Source: Paraspadella gotoi
Lineage: Eukaryota; Animalia; Chaetognatha
NCBI GenBank assembly: GCA_051294375.1
Contig: CM119264.1
Location: 29,128,204-29,192,203, forward strand
Direction of reading: 5' to 3'
DNA length: 64,000 nt
Shown here: piece by piece, positions 1 through 13,301 of the stretch
How positions within the stretch are numbered: position 1 is the first letter of the stretch
Layout of the letters: every line of letters begins with the position of its first letter
Translations under genes and position numbers: made by a program
Notes under the pieces: generated by a model
What the model saw: only the letters and a program-made list of their open reading frames with translations
What the model was told of the DNA's origin: nothing
Database searches by the model: none

Positions 1-3000
1 TTTTCGGAGCCGGTCTAGGTCTGGAATAGACGGTCGTGTCGCTGTCTGGTCAATGGATGACAACCGTCACGGGGGATTGGGGATCTGTCGCTCGGGATTC
101 CAGCGAGAGGCTGGAAACGTCGCGAGAGTTACGGGTTTATAAGCTTAAGGGCACACACTCGGCGACAGGTGCGATTTGTAGAGTGAGGCTGTTATTGCCG
201 TACTAGCTGTATGTTCTCCGGATATAGATATGTTCTAAGAGATGTAATAGAGTACACTGTTGTCACGCAGATGAGCAGACGTGATGTTCACACCATGTCA
301 GAATAAATTTAGTGGAGCAGTAAAACTGACATAGCTGTATTTTTTAATGTTGGTGGAGGGAATGTCTCACCCTTATGCACTCGAACGTGATTATGAAGAT
401 TGTTTAGTATTTAAATAAGAAGATATGAACTTGAATATTTATTTCTTTTTGACGATAATGCATTTTATGATTCGTATATTTTGTGTTGGATTGTTGGTTT
501 TCGGACAGTTTTATTAACAGGCTCAATACTTCGTCCAATGTTCAACGCGACACCGACCCCGTGTCGTGACCCACAGGTGCCTCACCCGGAGACTTGATAT
601 GCTTCGCGAGAGTAACCCCCAAGTGTGTACTTTCATCAGCCACCTGTATCATACGAGCCACTATTATATCTACCTCCACCCTCGCTCTTTTACGATCTCG
701 TTCTCCGCGACTCGATTAGCGGATCGGGAAGAAACTTTGGCGGAAGGCTTTGCTCACCCGTCTTTCCCCCGAACATTACAAATAACGTCCGTTAGTTCTC
801 TTACTTTTTGTATTATCTTGCTATTGAACAATTTGTTTATTCTTAACGGAGCGAACAGGGAATATCTCTTGTTCCCTCTTTCCGTTCGTAGACGGCCAGG
901 ATGGGGAGCAACGGCTACATTTATTTATTTTAGTCCTAACTAGAAAATGTTATAGTATTTTTTAAAGAAATCTTTTAGGGCTTTATAATGAAGCTATCTT
1001 TAACGTGCTTTGGGTTCTGCGTCTATTTGTATTTTAAGAAATTTTTATACTGTTTTCCACGTTTTTTAGTAATTAAGTAAGGTCCTATATACCCACACGT
1101 AAATGTTACCTAAAGTAAGTGTTGATTAATATTAACGTGCTGACTTTTTATTTTTATATTAGATTGGAAACTTGACGGTCGTGACACAGAACATCGGCTG
1201 GCTCCGTCGCTTGCTGCTTTTGTACGGTCTTGGATCGGGTTACGTCCGTTCATGTGTTTTTTGTAATGTAGTTGAGAAGCAAAAGGGTAGATGATTGAAG
1301 TCGACGATAGGTCATTAGGGTTCTGTGTTTGTGGTATGAGTGTAGAGGTAGGAACAAAACCATACGACTCGCTAACAATAGAACGTAACTGTCCTCGTCT
1401 CGAAGTCGCTCGGAGAGCCCAGTTAAAGTGGACAAGAAGCACGAGGAAGTTAGACGAACTTACACCTTTCTATCGCTTTCGATGGATCGTGCTTATATGT
1501 TGCCAAAGCATTTCTACGCTGACCACCCACTGGATGCTGCGCGTTAAAAAAACGTAAAACCTCAATCGACCAGTTTCGTACTGCGTCCAAGATCTTTTTT
1601 GTCATCTTAGTGATCTAAGTTGTATGGTCTTGATTCTTGCATCTTGGCTGCGTGCTCGAGGATATTTGGAGAGAGCGTGACACAAAGTCGAAGCAGTGAC
1701 CGTATGTTTAGAGGAAAATGTGTCGAGTTATTTGATGTTTACGTATCAGGTACTCTTTGTTGAGAGAATAATTTTTATGCATTTATTTCTCTAGTTTGTC
1801 TGCCCCTAAATCATTATTTTTAATTCTCTGGGCTTTTTAATAATATTATTTTTTTTGCCTTTCGATTTTCCTTTTGTTATGAATACTCTGACGGTTCAGG
1901 AGTTTTCGTAGTCCTTTGTTTAGCAGCGCAATCAGTAAATTTAGTACCAAGCTTTAAGAGTATTGTCGGGAGTCGAAAGCGATGCAATAGTGCGACGAAC
2001 CTCGATATCCCGATTTGAGCAATCCGTGTTCTCCACTTAGCGCGCGCATACGACGCACTTACCTAGATTGAGCGTGACACTCTCTCGCTGCTGAACTTAG
2101 TATTCACCCGCTAGGTGATAGCGCTGAAGCTTCATTTCAAAGTGGGTTTTTGGGAATTATAGTGCGGTCGGGAGACTTACCTTCCGGAAGTTGTTTTTCA
2201 GCTTTAGATAATTCGGATAAACGAAAGGTGTGTTAATTTGTATTTTGTGTTAACTCTTATAAACTCGGTACATTTTCGTTAGTTATCCCTTCAGGCGGAG
2301 TAAATGTCAGCGATCATGCGTTCCTCATTTTACCGCGTCTTTTACCTCTGCAATTAGGTAATAAATGCCTCTCTCCGCTCTTAGTTTAAAAGTAAATCTG
2401 TAGCAGTGTTCCCCATATAACTCTCCAGGTTGCGTATCTCTGTACAGGCTGTTTGAGATGCGTTATGCGACATCGTGCTTGTCTTGTGGACAATGTTCAG
2501 TTTGCTAGTTCGTATAATCGTATTGGACTTTGTAACGTTGCTCAATTTTTTTAGTGTCTTTTCCTTTACTCTTATCTTTAAAAAGTTATGAGAGTATGCC
2601 AGGGAGCTGGGGAACATGCATGTAAGAAGCCACGACAGCGACAAAGAAGGGTTTATCTTCATGGTATGATTGTAGCATATTTGTTTTTTGCTATAATTTT
2701 TCAGGTCAGGGCTGTTTATGTGTTAAGGAGTTCGCCTCCCATGTCTCGATAAGAACAGCAGTCGTGTGATTAGTTTTTATGACCCTCGTGTAATGCGCAC
2801 GTTAGAGTATAGTGTGGCGTCCTTAGGTTGGCCGACTCAGCCGCTTTATATCGATATTGGTTCGAGATACGCTGTCGTGCAGATTTAGTGAACTCTGGCT
2901 TAAAGTCGAAAAATAAAAGCGCAATAAACGGTAATCACATATATACTTCTTTCACACTGATTTGTTAAATGTGCTTGATATAAATTTCAGTTTGAGTCCA

Positions 3001-4520
3001 TGTTGTGATCCTAGCTTTTAGGCTGCTTGTGGGCTTGTGTTCGTAAAAAGTGTGATACTTTCGGTAGTTTTTGAGGTGATTGTTCGACGAGAAGTCAGAA
3101 GCTTGATTTTTCGCCTGACGATTCTATCGGTATTGGTCGGTAGGGGATGAGTCAGCTAATTACAAGACCACATTTTAGTTTCTTCAGCTTGCAACGCAAC
3201 ATACGTTAGACTTTCTTCGACCATATAGGGGTGATTAAGCGACACTCTGTTACCAAATTCTTACTTTTTTGGTTTTGGCTTTAAATTGGCACAACCTTAT
3301 ATCGTCATTGTTTAGTACAGATGTTGAATCCAAAGCGAAGTTGGTGTTAGTTCAATTTGTAGTTTTCGTCTTGCTTTAGTACAATATAGAGGATTGACCG
3401 TATCTTGTCTTTTTGGGTTTTGCGGATGAGGTGAGTGCTAGTAAGCGTTAGATTGGCGTGGGATCGGTAGTGCTGATCTCCGTGAGGTAAAGTGTGACAT
3501 AACGATCCATAAGGTCGGTCAATTTATACATCGCTCGGCTAGTGGAGATGTTGCCTAGTTAAAAGATTAATATAAGATCAATAAGATTCCTTTGTATGCA
3601 TGTTTGTTAAGCGTCATCCAGACGTCTGATTGGGACATTTGTAATCTGTTATCAGAGCGGGTTTCCGGCTGTTCAGATGTGCGTTGATCTTCATCCAGTT
3701 GGGCTATTGGTAGGATAAGTCGAGCTTAAACGATGCTATCACTTTGTGGGGGATAAGACTGAGGCATGTTAGGTAATGCTATGCCAGTTCGCTGTACTGT
3801 GACTAGCTGTGTTGTGACGTCTGCCAGTGCTACTGTACTGAGTTGATGGTTGGCTACGAACGTTGCTTTGATACTGATGTGAGGATTCTCGGCTGCGTGA
3901 ATGCTGGTATTCCCGCGTGTCACCAGATTCTGCGCTCGGCTACGGATGTCTGGCACTAAGGTTTATAAGAATTTTGATCGGTTGAGGCGATATGTAGGAG
4001 TTCATGTGTGGAGTATGTGTACGCCCGTAGGCAATGGGCAGAGTGATGCTGTTCGTCTTGTGTGCTGTCAGGGGTGGTCCGGCTTGCTTTGTGGGGTAGC
4101 CTTGCTGTGTTGGTTGCTGTGTTCGGTATCGGGTGGATGTACTAAGTGTGAAATCCTGATGAGCGCGGTTAGTAACGGGGCGGCTGCAGGATTCGTCGAG
4201 TCAGCAACAATGAGTATAGGCGCACTGTTGATATACGCAGCGTAAACGTTGTCGAGTTGTGTACAGATTTAGAGATATCGTTACTCGTTACTACGTTGTA
4301 TGCAGTGCGTGGTAGTAGGAGTATTAGGAGGAGTTAGGCAGATGGGGACATGAGGTGGGATAACGAGCATTCGTGTGTTCGTCAGAATTACGGTAGTATA
4401 TGACTGGTCGCGTTTTATCGTGTTTTCTCTGATAGTGCACTCGCGTTAAATCTTTCGATAATTTCGGACGGCAAGATCATCTGGTGAGACTCTTGCGGTC
4501 TGTCCATCACACGAGGTGAG
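1..4520. other. Compositionally anomalous, uninterpretable sequence (probable low-quality long-read fill)
   Basis: No microsatellites or credible ORFs, G/T-skewed on the + strand; texture resembles the junk bursts inside the false duplication. Confidence 0.55.
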
Positions 4521-5586
4521 ATCCTTTTGTTGTTTTATTTCTAGGTTGTTCTTTTACTTTATATTTTTTAATTTTGGTGGGTCATCCTTGTGGTTTTGTG
4601 CATTTTTTCAATGATCTTGTGTACTCACTTTTTTATATTGTTTTCTTTTATATTTTTATTTATTGGCTTGATTGCATTTTCTCTATTTTATTTTAGTTTA
4701 ATTTTCGATGTAGGTCGTTTTAAGGTTTTGAACTTTTGTGTTTTTTTTTTCTTTATATCTTCTTCATTTTCTTTTATTCTTTTTCTCTTTTTGTTAGTTC
4801 TATTTGTTTGGTTTTTCTTTGAATTGTTCTTTCTTTAATCTTGTCTTTCTTTATTTTACTTTATTTATTTTTTTTTTTTTCTTTACTTCCTTTTTCTTAT
4901 CTATTTTTTCCCTTTTTTTTTTTCTTTTTTCTTTTTTCTTTTTTTTTTTTTTATCATTATCTCTTGCCTTTTCATTTCAGCTTTCTCTTTCTTTCCTTTT
5001 TTTTCTTTGTTTCTTATCTTTATTCTTTTCGATTTTTAATTCTTATTCTTTTACATCTTAAGTTTTTTTACCTTTTCGGCATTTATCTCTCTTTCTTTCT
5101 TTTCCTTCTCTGTCTTTTCTTTTTCTCTATTTCTCTTTCTTATCCTCTTCTTTTTCTTTCTATTCTTCTTTCTCTTTCTTACTTTTCTCTTTCTTCCTTA
5201 CTTTCTTTCATTCTTTTTTTTTTTAGGATTTTTCTTATCTTCTTCCTTGCTCTTTTTTCTAATTCTTTTCTCTTTTCCTTTTTTCCTTCTTTCATTCTTC
5301 TTTCCTCTTTTTTTATTTTCTTTTTCTTTTAACTTAAGATACTTTCTTCTTTTTTTAGTTATCACTTTTGTCTTCTTTTTTATCCTTGTTATTTTTTCTT
5401 TCTTCAATTGTTTCCTTTTTTTTTCTTTTTTTTTATTCTTTTTTTTCTTTTTTTTGTTTTGCTTTTTTTCCTTCTTTTATTTTTTTCTTTCTTCTGTTCT
5501 TTTTTTTATTGTTCACTTTCTTTTACTTTCTCTTTTTCATTTTCTTTCTTTCTTTCTTTCTTTCTCTATCCCCACCCTCCCTTCAC

Positions 5587-5945
5587 CTGCAACGTAATGA
5601 TCAACTCCTCCCTCTGCAACAGAGATCGATTCAGCGCCAAACTCCCGATGAGTTGACCTTTGACCCGAGAGGCGTGAAGGGTAAGCGCCGCGCTGAACTT
5701 GTCCAACACGACGGGTTCGAACCCGGAAGAGGCGGACTCTTTGCGGAAGATGATCCAGGAGATGTTGCGGGCGGGGATGAGGGGGTTGGAGGCGAAGACG
5801 CAAGAGATGTTGACCCATGGAGACTCGAGGGAAGAGCGGGTTCGGATGGAGGAGGAGGAAGAGGAGGAGGAGGAGGAAGAGGCGGTGCGGGATAGAGTAA
5901 AAGCGTCTTTGGGGCAGTCCACGTGCGGACCGTAGAGATATTCGA
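5587..5945 (-). CDS. IgSF protein exon, atypical Ig-like domain 4 (gene continues toward lower coordinates)
   Basis: Acceptor accctcag, donor cag|gtgaag, 359 nt, phase 1 to 0. Translates (V)EYLYGPHVDCPKDAFTLSRTA(S)11IRTRSSLESPWVNISCVFASNPLIPARNISWIIFRKESASSGFEPVVLDKFSAALTLHASRVKGQLIGSLALNRSLLQREELIITLQ, with a Y-G-P linker and C-x-x-x-S-N-P...I-S-W. Confidence 0.85.
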
Positions 5946-6232
5946 CTGAGGGTTTCGGGATTCGGAGAAGATGTAGTAATATTATTTATAATGATAATAA
6001 TCGGGCAAAATAGACACGTTTTTATTTAATTTATTTTTTTAATGTTTGTTAATTTGAGAGAATAAAGTGGGATAAAAATAAATAAATAAGAAGGGGCAAA
6101 GAAGCGGAGCTAATTATACGTAATACTCCGTTTTTAAAACCCTTACCCAAAATATGGCCGACCTCGCTTGCTTTTCAAACTATAAACTGACCCCCCCCCG
6201 ATTTGAACTCACCCATCCCACTAAAAACTCAC

Positions 6233-6497
6233 CCAAGACTGTCCGGTGACTCTGGTGTTGTTTGTACTGAACTCGAAACGTGGCGATGTATCCGTAGAGA
6301 TACCCGCGCCTCTGGTGGTTGAACAGAGTTCTATTCAAGATGGCGACGAATTTGACCGACGTCGGGTTGGCGTAGATTCGTCGGTCGATGATGGAGTTCG
6401 CTTCCGCTCGACCGGACATGTCGAGGAGACTCAGTTGAACATCCTCGTCGGAGATCAAAGGATTCGAGTAGATGTCGCAGTGGACAAAGTATTCCTC
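6233..6497 (-). CDS. IgSF protein exon, atypical Ig-like domain 3
   Basis: Acceptor ccccatttcag, donor gtgagt, 265 nt, phase 0 to 1. Translates EEYFVHCDIYSNPLISDEDVQLSLLDMSGRAEANSIIDRRIYANPTSVKFVAILNRTLFNHQRRGYLYGYIATFRVQYKQHQSHRTVL(V), with a C-x-x-x-S-N-P Ig motif. Phase matches the upstream exon across a ~16.7 kb intron. Confidence 0.85.
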
Positions 6498-6849
6498 CTG
6501 AAATGGGGGGAGAGGAAGGAGGGGGAAGAGAGGGGGAGAGGGAGAGAGGGAGAGACGGAGGAAAGGGGAGAGGGAAAAAGGAGATTAAATTCCACGTCAC
6601 TTCAAGAAATTTTCTATTTTCTAAAAAGTACTTGATTTAATAACATCATATATAATAATTTCATTTATTAGCACAGATAGACCAGTGAAATCTGCAGCGA
6701 GAACGAGAGAGATAGAGAGATAAAGTGGGAGAAAGAGAGAGTGAGAGAAAGAGAGAGTGAGAGAGATAGAGAGTGAGAGAAAGAGTGTTTGTGTGATGGA
6801 TAATATGTAGTCAAAACTGGAAAAGAAAGAGAAAAAAAAAGTCAATGAG

Positions 6850-6908
<59 letters not shown>

Positions 6909-7599
6909 AAAAAAAAGGAAGAAAGAAAAAAAACGTAAGATAGATAGATAGAAGGGCTGGAAATAAAATTGGATCGACGGCATCTCGGTNNNNNNNNNNN
7001 NNNNNNNNNNNNNNNNNNNNNNNNNNNNNNNNNNNNNNNNNNNNNNNNNNNNNNNNNNNNNNNNNNNNNNNNNNNNNNNNNNNNNNNNNNNNNNNNNNNN
7101 NNNNNNNNNNNNNNNNNNNNNNNNNNNNNNNNNNNNNNNNNNNNNNNNNNNNNNNNNNNNNNNNNNNNNNNNNNNNNNNNNNNNNNNNNNNNNNNNNNNN
7201 NNNNNNNNNNNNNNNNNNNNNNNNNNNNNNNNNNNNNNNNNNNNNNNNNNNNNNNNNNNNNNNNNNNNNNNNNNNNNNNNNNNNNNNNNNNNNNNNNNNN
7301 NNNNNNNNTCATCGGCGATAATCGTCGCATTAGCGGTGACGTCGACGATCGAAAGGATTTCGACGAGCAGGGACGGCGAGAATAGGGATGACAACGAAGA
7401 TTAAGAATATAATGATGACGATGACGGTGATGATAATCGGAAGAATGATAATAAAGTGTAACAACGAAAGAGAAAATTAAAGTGATAAAAATAATCTTTA
7501 CAAGAAAAATCTAACTACTACGGTTTTAATGACAAATACAGGAAAATTGAAATCAATATGGTAGATCTGACCACTCTCCCTTACTCAATTCTTTATTGG

Positions 7600-7634
<35 letters not shown>

Positions 7635-7834
7635 NNNNNNNNNNNNNNNNNNNNNNNNNNNNNNNNNNNNNNNNNNNNNNNNNNNNNNNNNNNNNNNNNN
7701 NNNNNNNNNNNNNNNNNNNNNNNNNNNNNNNNNNNNNNNNNNNNNNNNNNNNNNNNNNNNNNNNNNNNNNNNNNNNNNNNNNNTCTCTCTCTCTCCAAAA
7801 CTAAATGTTTGTGAAACAAAACAGTTATTGGTTC

Positions 7835-7884
7835 ACTTGCTGATGAAGACTCGCAAAAACATAACTGTCGAAACATGTCTGAGT
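7835..7884 (+). ncRNA. Minimal type-I hammerhead ribozyme motif
   Basis: acttg CTGATGA a GAC-(16 nt)-GTC GAAA CATGTC tgagt. Conserved core boxes, 3-bp helix II, palindromic ACATGT helix III, GUC cleavage triplet (7877-7879), and helix I acttg/tgagt with two G-U pairs. Confidence 0.7.
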
Positions 7885-8864
7885 AAGTATAGTAAGTTAA
7901 GTATTAACTGACATGAACATTAAATCACGAACGCGATGCCACTGATGACAACGACGACGATAATGAGGACGACGATGAGATTAATGAGGACGACGACGAT
8001 TAGTGATCCTCTTAGCNNNNNNNNNNCGACGACGACGACGACGACGAAAATGACGTCCCCTGTGATATATACGTCCCTCGTCAGCTCTGGGCCGATGCGA
8101 CAGATCTAATATTGCGGGAGGCCAAACCGGCGGGNNNNNNNNNNNNNNNNNNNNNNNNNNNNNNNNNNNNNNNNNNNNNNNNNNNNNNNNNNNNNNNNNN
8201 NNNNNNNNNNNNNNNNNNNNNNNNNNNNNNNNNNNNNNNNNNNNNNNNNNNNNNNNNNNNNNNNNNNNNNNNNNNNNNNNNNNNNNNNNNNNNNNNNNNN
8301 NNNNNNNNNNNNNNNNNNNNNNNNNNNNNNNNNNNNNNNNNNNNNNNNNNNNNNNNNNNNNNNNNNNNNNNNNNNNNNNNNNNNNNNNNNNNNNNNNNNN
8401 NNNNNNNNNNNNNNNNNNNNNNNNNNNNNNNNNNNNNNNNNNNNNNNNNNNNNNNNNNNNNNNNNNNNNNNNNNNNNNNNNNNNNNNNNNNNNNNNNNNN
8501 NNNNNNNNNNNNNNNNNNNNNNNNNNNNNNNNNNNNNNNNNNNNNNNNNNNNNNNNNNNNNNNNNNNNNNNNNNNNNNAAAGAAGAGGAAGAAAAACAAA
8601 ATAAAAAAACCTAAAATTTGTAAAATAAAATAAAATTAAAGAATCGTAAATTAGATTTTCACGAACAAGCATAAGGAACGAAAGTAAGGAAGCAAAGAAA
8701 CCAAGCAAGAAAGCAAGGAATCAAANNNNNNNNNNNNNNNNNNNNNNNNNGGGGGGGGGCGCAACGTGCACCGCTGTAGACAGCACCTTAGTTCGCTTTT
8801 GGTGCCCGCAACCTTCCACCCCCCCCATCGCCCCAAGACCAGTTTCAACCGCTATCTGCTAATT

Positions 8865-9585
8865 CTTGTTTCTTGCTTGGTTTCTTGCTTATCTTGCTTT
8901 TTTTGCTTGGTTCCTTACTCCTTGCTTATTGCTTATTTCTTTGCTCTTCTTGCTTTAATGCTGCTTTCTTGCTTCCTTGGCTTTCATTGCTTGGTATTCT
9001 TTGCTTCCTGTCTTTCTTGCTTGGTTTCCTTGCTTCCTTACCTTTCTTGGCTTGGTTTCTTTGTTTTCTCTTGCTTTCTTGCTTGGTATTCTTTTGTTTT
9101 CCTTGCTTCTTGCTTGTTCTTTGCTCCTTGCTTTTTGCTTGGTTTTTAGTATTCCTTTGCATTTCTTGCTGTTTCTTTGCTTCCTTGCTTCTCTTGCTGG
9201 TTATGCTTCGTTTTTTCTTGCTTTCCTTGTTTATTGGTGTATTGATAATCCTTGCTTTCTGCCTTGGTTTTTTGTTTTTGCTTTCTTGTTGGTTCTTTCG
9301 ATTCCTATTCTTTCTTGCTTGGTATTCTTTGCCTTCCTTGCTTTTGTTTGGTGTCCTTTGATCCTTGCTTTCTTTGCTCTTGGATCATTTTTTTGCTTCA
9401 TATGCTTTCCTTGCTTGTTGTCTGTAGTGATCTTCTCCTGATCTATCTTGCTGTGGAGTATTAACTTATGCTCTCGTCTGCTATTCTTGCTTGGTGTATT
9501 GACTTCTTCTATTCTGCTTGATGTGCTTGCTTCCTTGCTTCTTCTTGCTTGGTCTTATCTTCCTGCTTTCTTGCTTGGTTTCTTA
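8865..9585. repeat. Degenerate (TTGC/TTGG/TTTC) low-complexity satellite
   Basis: Recurrent ttcttgcttggtttc / ttccttgc. Confidence 0.8.
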
Positions 9586-12269
9586 TGAGAGCTGGATTCT
9601 TACTTTCGTTCTATGCTTCTTCGTGAGAAAATTAATTTACGACTTCTTTAATTTTAGATTTTATTCATTCTTAGATAGATAACGCTTAGTTTTTATTTGT
9701 TTTCTTCACTCTTCTTTCTTGTCTTTACTTTTCTTTTAGCTTGTTTTTCTAATTCATTCTTTGTTCGTCTGCTCTTATTTTACTTTCTTCTTTCAATCTT
9801 TCCCACAGACTCACTCTGGACATATTTCTCTTATTGATCGTATAACTCTCTTATCTGTTCTTCACGCTTTCATTTCCTCTTACGTCCGTTTTCTTTCCAT
9901 GACTCGCTACGCATCGGTTTTACCGTCTCTCTCTCTCTCTCCATCTCATCTCTCTCTCTCCGTCTCTCCTTCTCTCTCTCTCCTCCTCTCTCTCTCTCCT
10001 CTCTTCTCTTTTTCACCCATTGATTGCAAATATATCTCTCCCTTCGTGACGCCGGTTTGGCTCCCACATGATTAGATCTCGTCGCATTCGCCCAGAGCTG
10101 ACGAGGGACGTATATATCACAGGGAGAAGTCATTTTCGTCGTCTCGTCGTCGTCGTACAGTCGCTGTCGTCGTCGGTCGTCAGTCGTCGTCGCGTCACGG
10201 TAAAAAAGAAATTTTCGGTCCCAAAATATGTGAAAACACGAAAAATACACAAAAGAATAACATCAACGTCTGAAAAACAAAAGAACCGAAAGTCGAAAAA
10301 GAAGAAAAGAGAAACGAAATTAAATGTGAATATTTTTTTTTATTTTGAAGGAAAAAAAGGAGAAAAAATGGGGAAAAATAGGAAAAAATACATGAACGTA
10401 TATATATATAGATATATATATGGAAATAATGGGATTAGGGATGGGATTTTAAAATATAAATAGGATTAGGGATGGTATTAGATTATCGATAGAATTAGGA
10501 ATAGGATTACGAATTGGAATAGGGACGGGATTAAGGAGGTGATCGGTTAAAGAGATTATTCTTATTGTTTATTATTGTATATTTTTGTTATTATGGATTT
10601 TGGAATATCGTTGTATGCATCGACCCAAACTCAAAATGTTAAGTTAATGCAAGTGTTATGATATAAAATAAGTCATCTTAAGAATCTATGTAGAAAAAAA
10701 ACATAGGAATAAGATTTAAAGAAAAAAATCCTAGAAGATAAAAAAAAAGGAAATATTAATAATTCGGTTGACTAAACCGAAAAATGGGTCGATCACAAAA
10801 TATTTTCGAGTCATAGCGAAAAAAAATGAAGGGGAGATTTCTTTAAAAAAAGATGATGAAAAAGTTTTAAGTTTAAGTTAAGTAAGAAAAGGAAACTTAA
10901 AATAAAAATATGTTTGATCATAAAGAGAAATCTTATGGCGAAAGAAGAAAAATGATGCTATACATTCGAAATCTCGTTCTTTTGAGGAAACGAGTTAAAA
11001 ACAAACAAATAAAGAGAAGAAAACAAACATAAACAAAACATGGAGACGACGATGACGACGACGATGACGACGATGAATGCAAAGGAAGCGAGGATGGTAC
11101 TGATGACAACGATGACGATGACGACGACGACGACGACGACGATTATAAAAATGAATATAGAGTGAAAAAGAAAAGTGGGCGGAACCCAGAATAATAATCG
11201 TTTTTTTCATCGATAAAAGTCACGTGGTAAACATATAAACACGGAAGGACTGGCGGTTGAAAAAAGGAAAAAAATATCAGGTGAGGTGAGAGAGAGAGAG
11301 AGAGGAGGAGAGAGAGAGAGAGAGAACGAGACGTACGAGAGGAACAGAGAGAGAGAGAGAGCAGAGAGAGAGTATGTGATGAAGTAGTTATGTACAATTA
11401 ATTGATTGTCTTTTTAGAGGTTTAACGAAGTAAGCAAAAAAAAAAGATGTTATAAGATGAGAAAGACTTACAAAGGAAAAAAGATAAGAAAAAAGGAAAA
11501 GAAAGGAAAAAAGCGAAAAAAAAGGAAAAAAAGAATAAGAGAAAAATGGAAAAATGAAGAAAAAAGAAAAAAGAAGGAAAAAAAAGGAAAGAAAGTAAAG
11601 GAAAATGGAAAAAAAATGAAAGAAAGAAGAGAGACAAAAAAAAGGAAAAAAGAAAAAAAAGGAAAAAGAAAGGAAAGAAAGTAACGGAAAACGGAAAGAA
11701 AGAAAAGGAAAAATAAAGGAAAGAAAGTAAAAGAAAATGGAAAGAGAGAAATGGAAGAAGAGAGAGAAAAGAAAAGGAAAAAGGAAAAAAAAGGAAAGAA
11801 AGTAAAGGAAAATGATAAGAAAAAAGGAAAAAGAGAGAGAAAAGAAAAGGAAAAGAAAGGTAATGGGGTTGAGTGATGTTCCTCGTGGCGACGTGAGGAA
11901 TCAGGTGAAACGAAATGAGGTTCACGAAAAAGACCAGGGGTGGTCATGCGGGGTGGTCGGAGTGTTGGGGTGGTCGGAGTTGTGGAGGTGGAGGTCGGAG
12001 TGGAGGTGGTCGGAGTTGTGGAGTTGATGAAGGCGGTCAGGATTATGTGGTGGTCGGGATTCTTGGGGTAGTCCGAGTCTTACGGGTTAGTCGGGGTGGT
12101 CAGTGTAGTGAATGTTTAGGGTGGTAGGGGTGATAACGAGAGGCTAGCGGGTCCTACGTCGAAGGGCGTTGGTTCGCTCCTCGTGGCGATGATGATTTTT
12201 GATGCTGGCTGTGGACGTGAGTCGATTCACTGGAAAACGGAAATGAGAAGCGTTGATTCGAAGGGGGGG

Positions 12270-12545
12270 TGGGCTGGGGATTTGGGGATTGGGGATTTGG
12301 GGATTTGGGTTTTTGAGCGATCCAGAGATTTGGGGTTTGTGGAGATTGGGGTTTTACAATTTGGGAATTTGCGGGATTTGGTGATTAGGGATTTGGGTAT
12401 TTGGGATTTGGTGATTTGGAGATTGGGGCATTCGGAGATGGATTGGGGATTTGGGGATTTAGGGATAGGGGATTTGGGGATTCGGGTTTAGGGAGTGGGG
12501 ATTGAGAATTTGGGGATTTGGGAATTGGGGTTTGGGGGAATGGGA
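12270..12545 (+). repeat. Degenerate (GGGATTTG)n G-rich repeat
   Basis: Dozens of ggggattt/ttggg units with G3-G4 runs; potential G-quadruplex. Confidence 0.8.
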
Positions 12546-13301
12546 GACCAGGAGAGGTCACAGGAGGATTGGGATGTGAAATCTAATTTTGTGATGATCT
12601 CTCACAAAATCTCACAAAATAATTTAAAAAGAAAAACAAACTGTTTCTTCCAAATAAAAATCAACTCCTGAAAATTTGACGCTTGTTCTTCAAAATATTG
12701 AGAGGCAAAGGTCAAGGTTGGGCTTGAAAATTAAATTGGTATTCCGTACCTTAAATATTTTAGTTAAAGATTGGATGAATATGTCAGCCACGGTCCCAAT
12801 TATTTTTTTCTCGGGTTCAACCGTTGGTCTCGATAGAATCAGGAGTCTTTATAACTATATATACATATATATACTTATATTTATAAATATAACTATATAA
12901 TATACTCGGTGCGCCGGTTAATTTACTAACTCGGTCCGATAATAATGGTATGATAGGATAATACTATTATTCTACCCCGGCCGTCGGCGCTGGCGCCTCG
13001 GCCTCCGCGTCCCTGACCCTAAACCATTCCACCGGTTCGCGACATTCCCAGCGAGCCTCCCGCTCAACCCTGACCCTAAACCGGGCCCCGATCCAAACCC
13101 GAACCCGAACTCGTTTCCTCGGCTCGCAAACATCACCAGTGAGCCACTTCCCGAGCCCTAACCCTCACCCTAGCCTCACCCCCTTATGTAACCATATCAT
13201 TTAAGTAAGTAGACAGAGATATATAATTAAAAAAAATAAAATTATTACATGCCTTTTCTTTATATTTAATCTTTCATTCGGTTTCGTTGTTTTAAGTAGT
13301 T

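Noticed and set aside
5712-5726. cgggttcgaacccg tRNA T-arm/B-box-like hairpin
   Set aside because: Lies within the Ig exon (codons S-G-F-E-P-V on the minus strand); no cloverleaf.
7310-7394. Protein-like minus-strand peptide LLVEILSIVDVTANATIIAD
   Set aside because: No acceptor site, runs into an N-gap, and is not needed for the exon chain.
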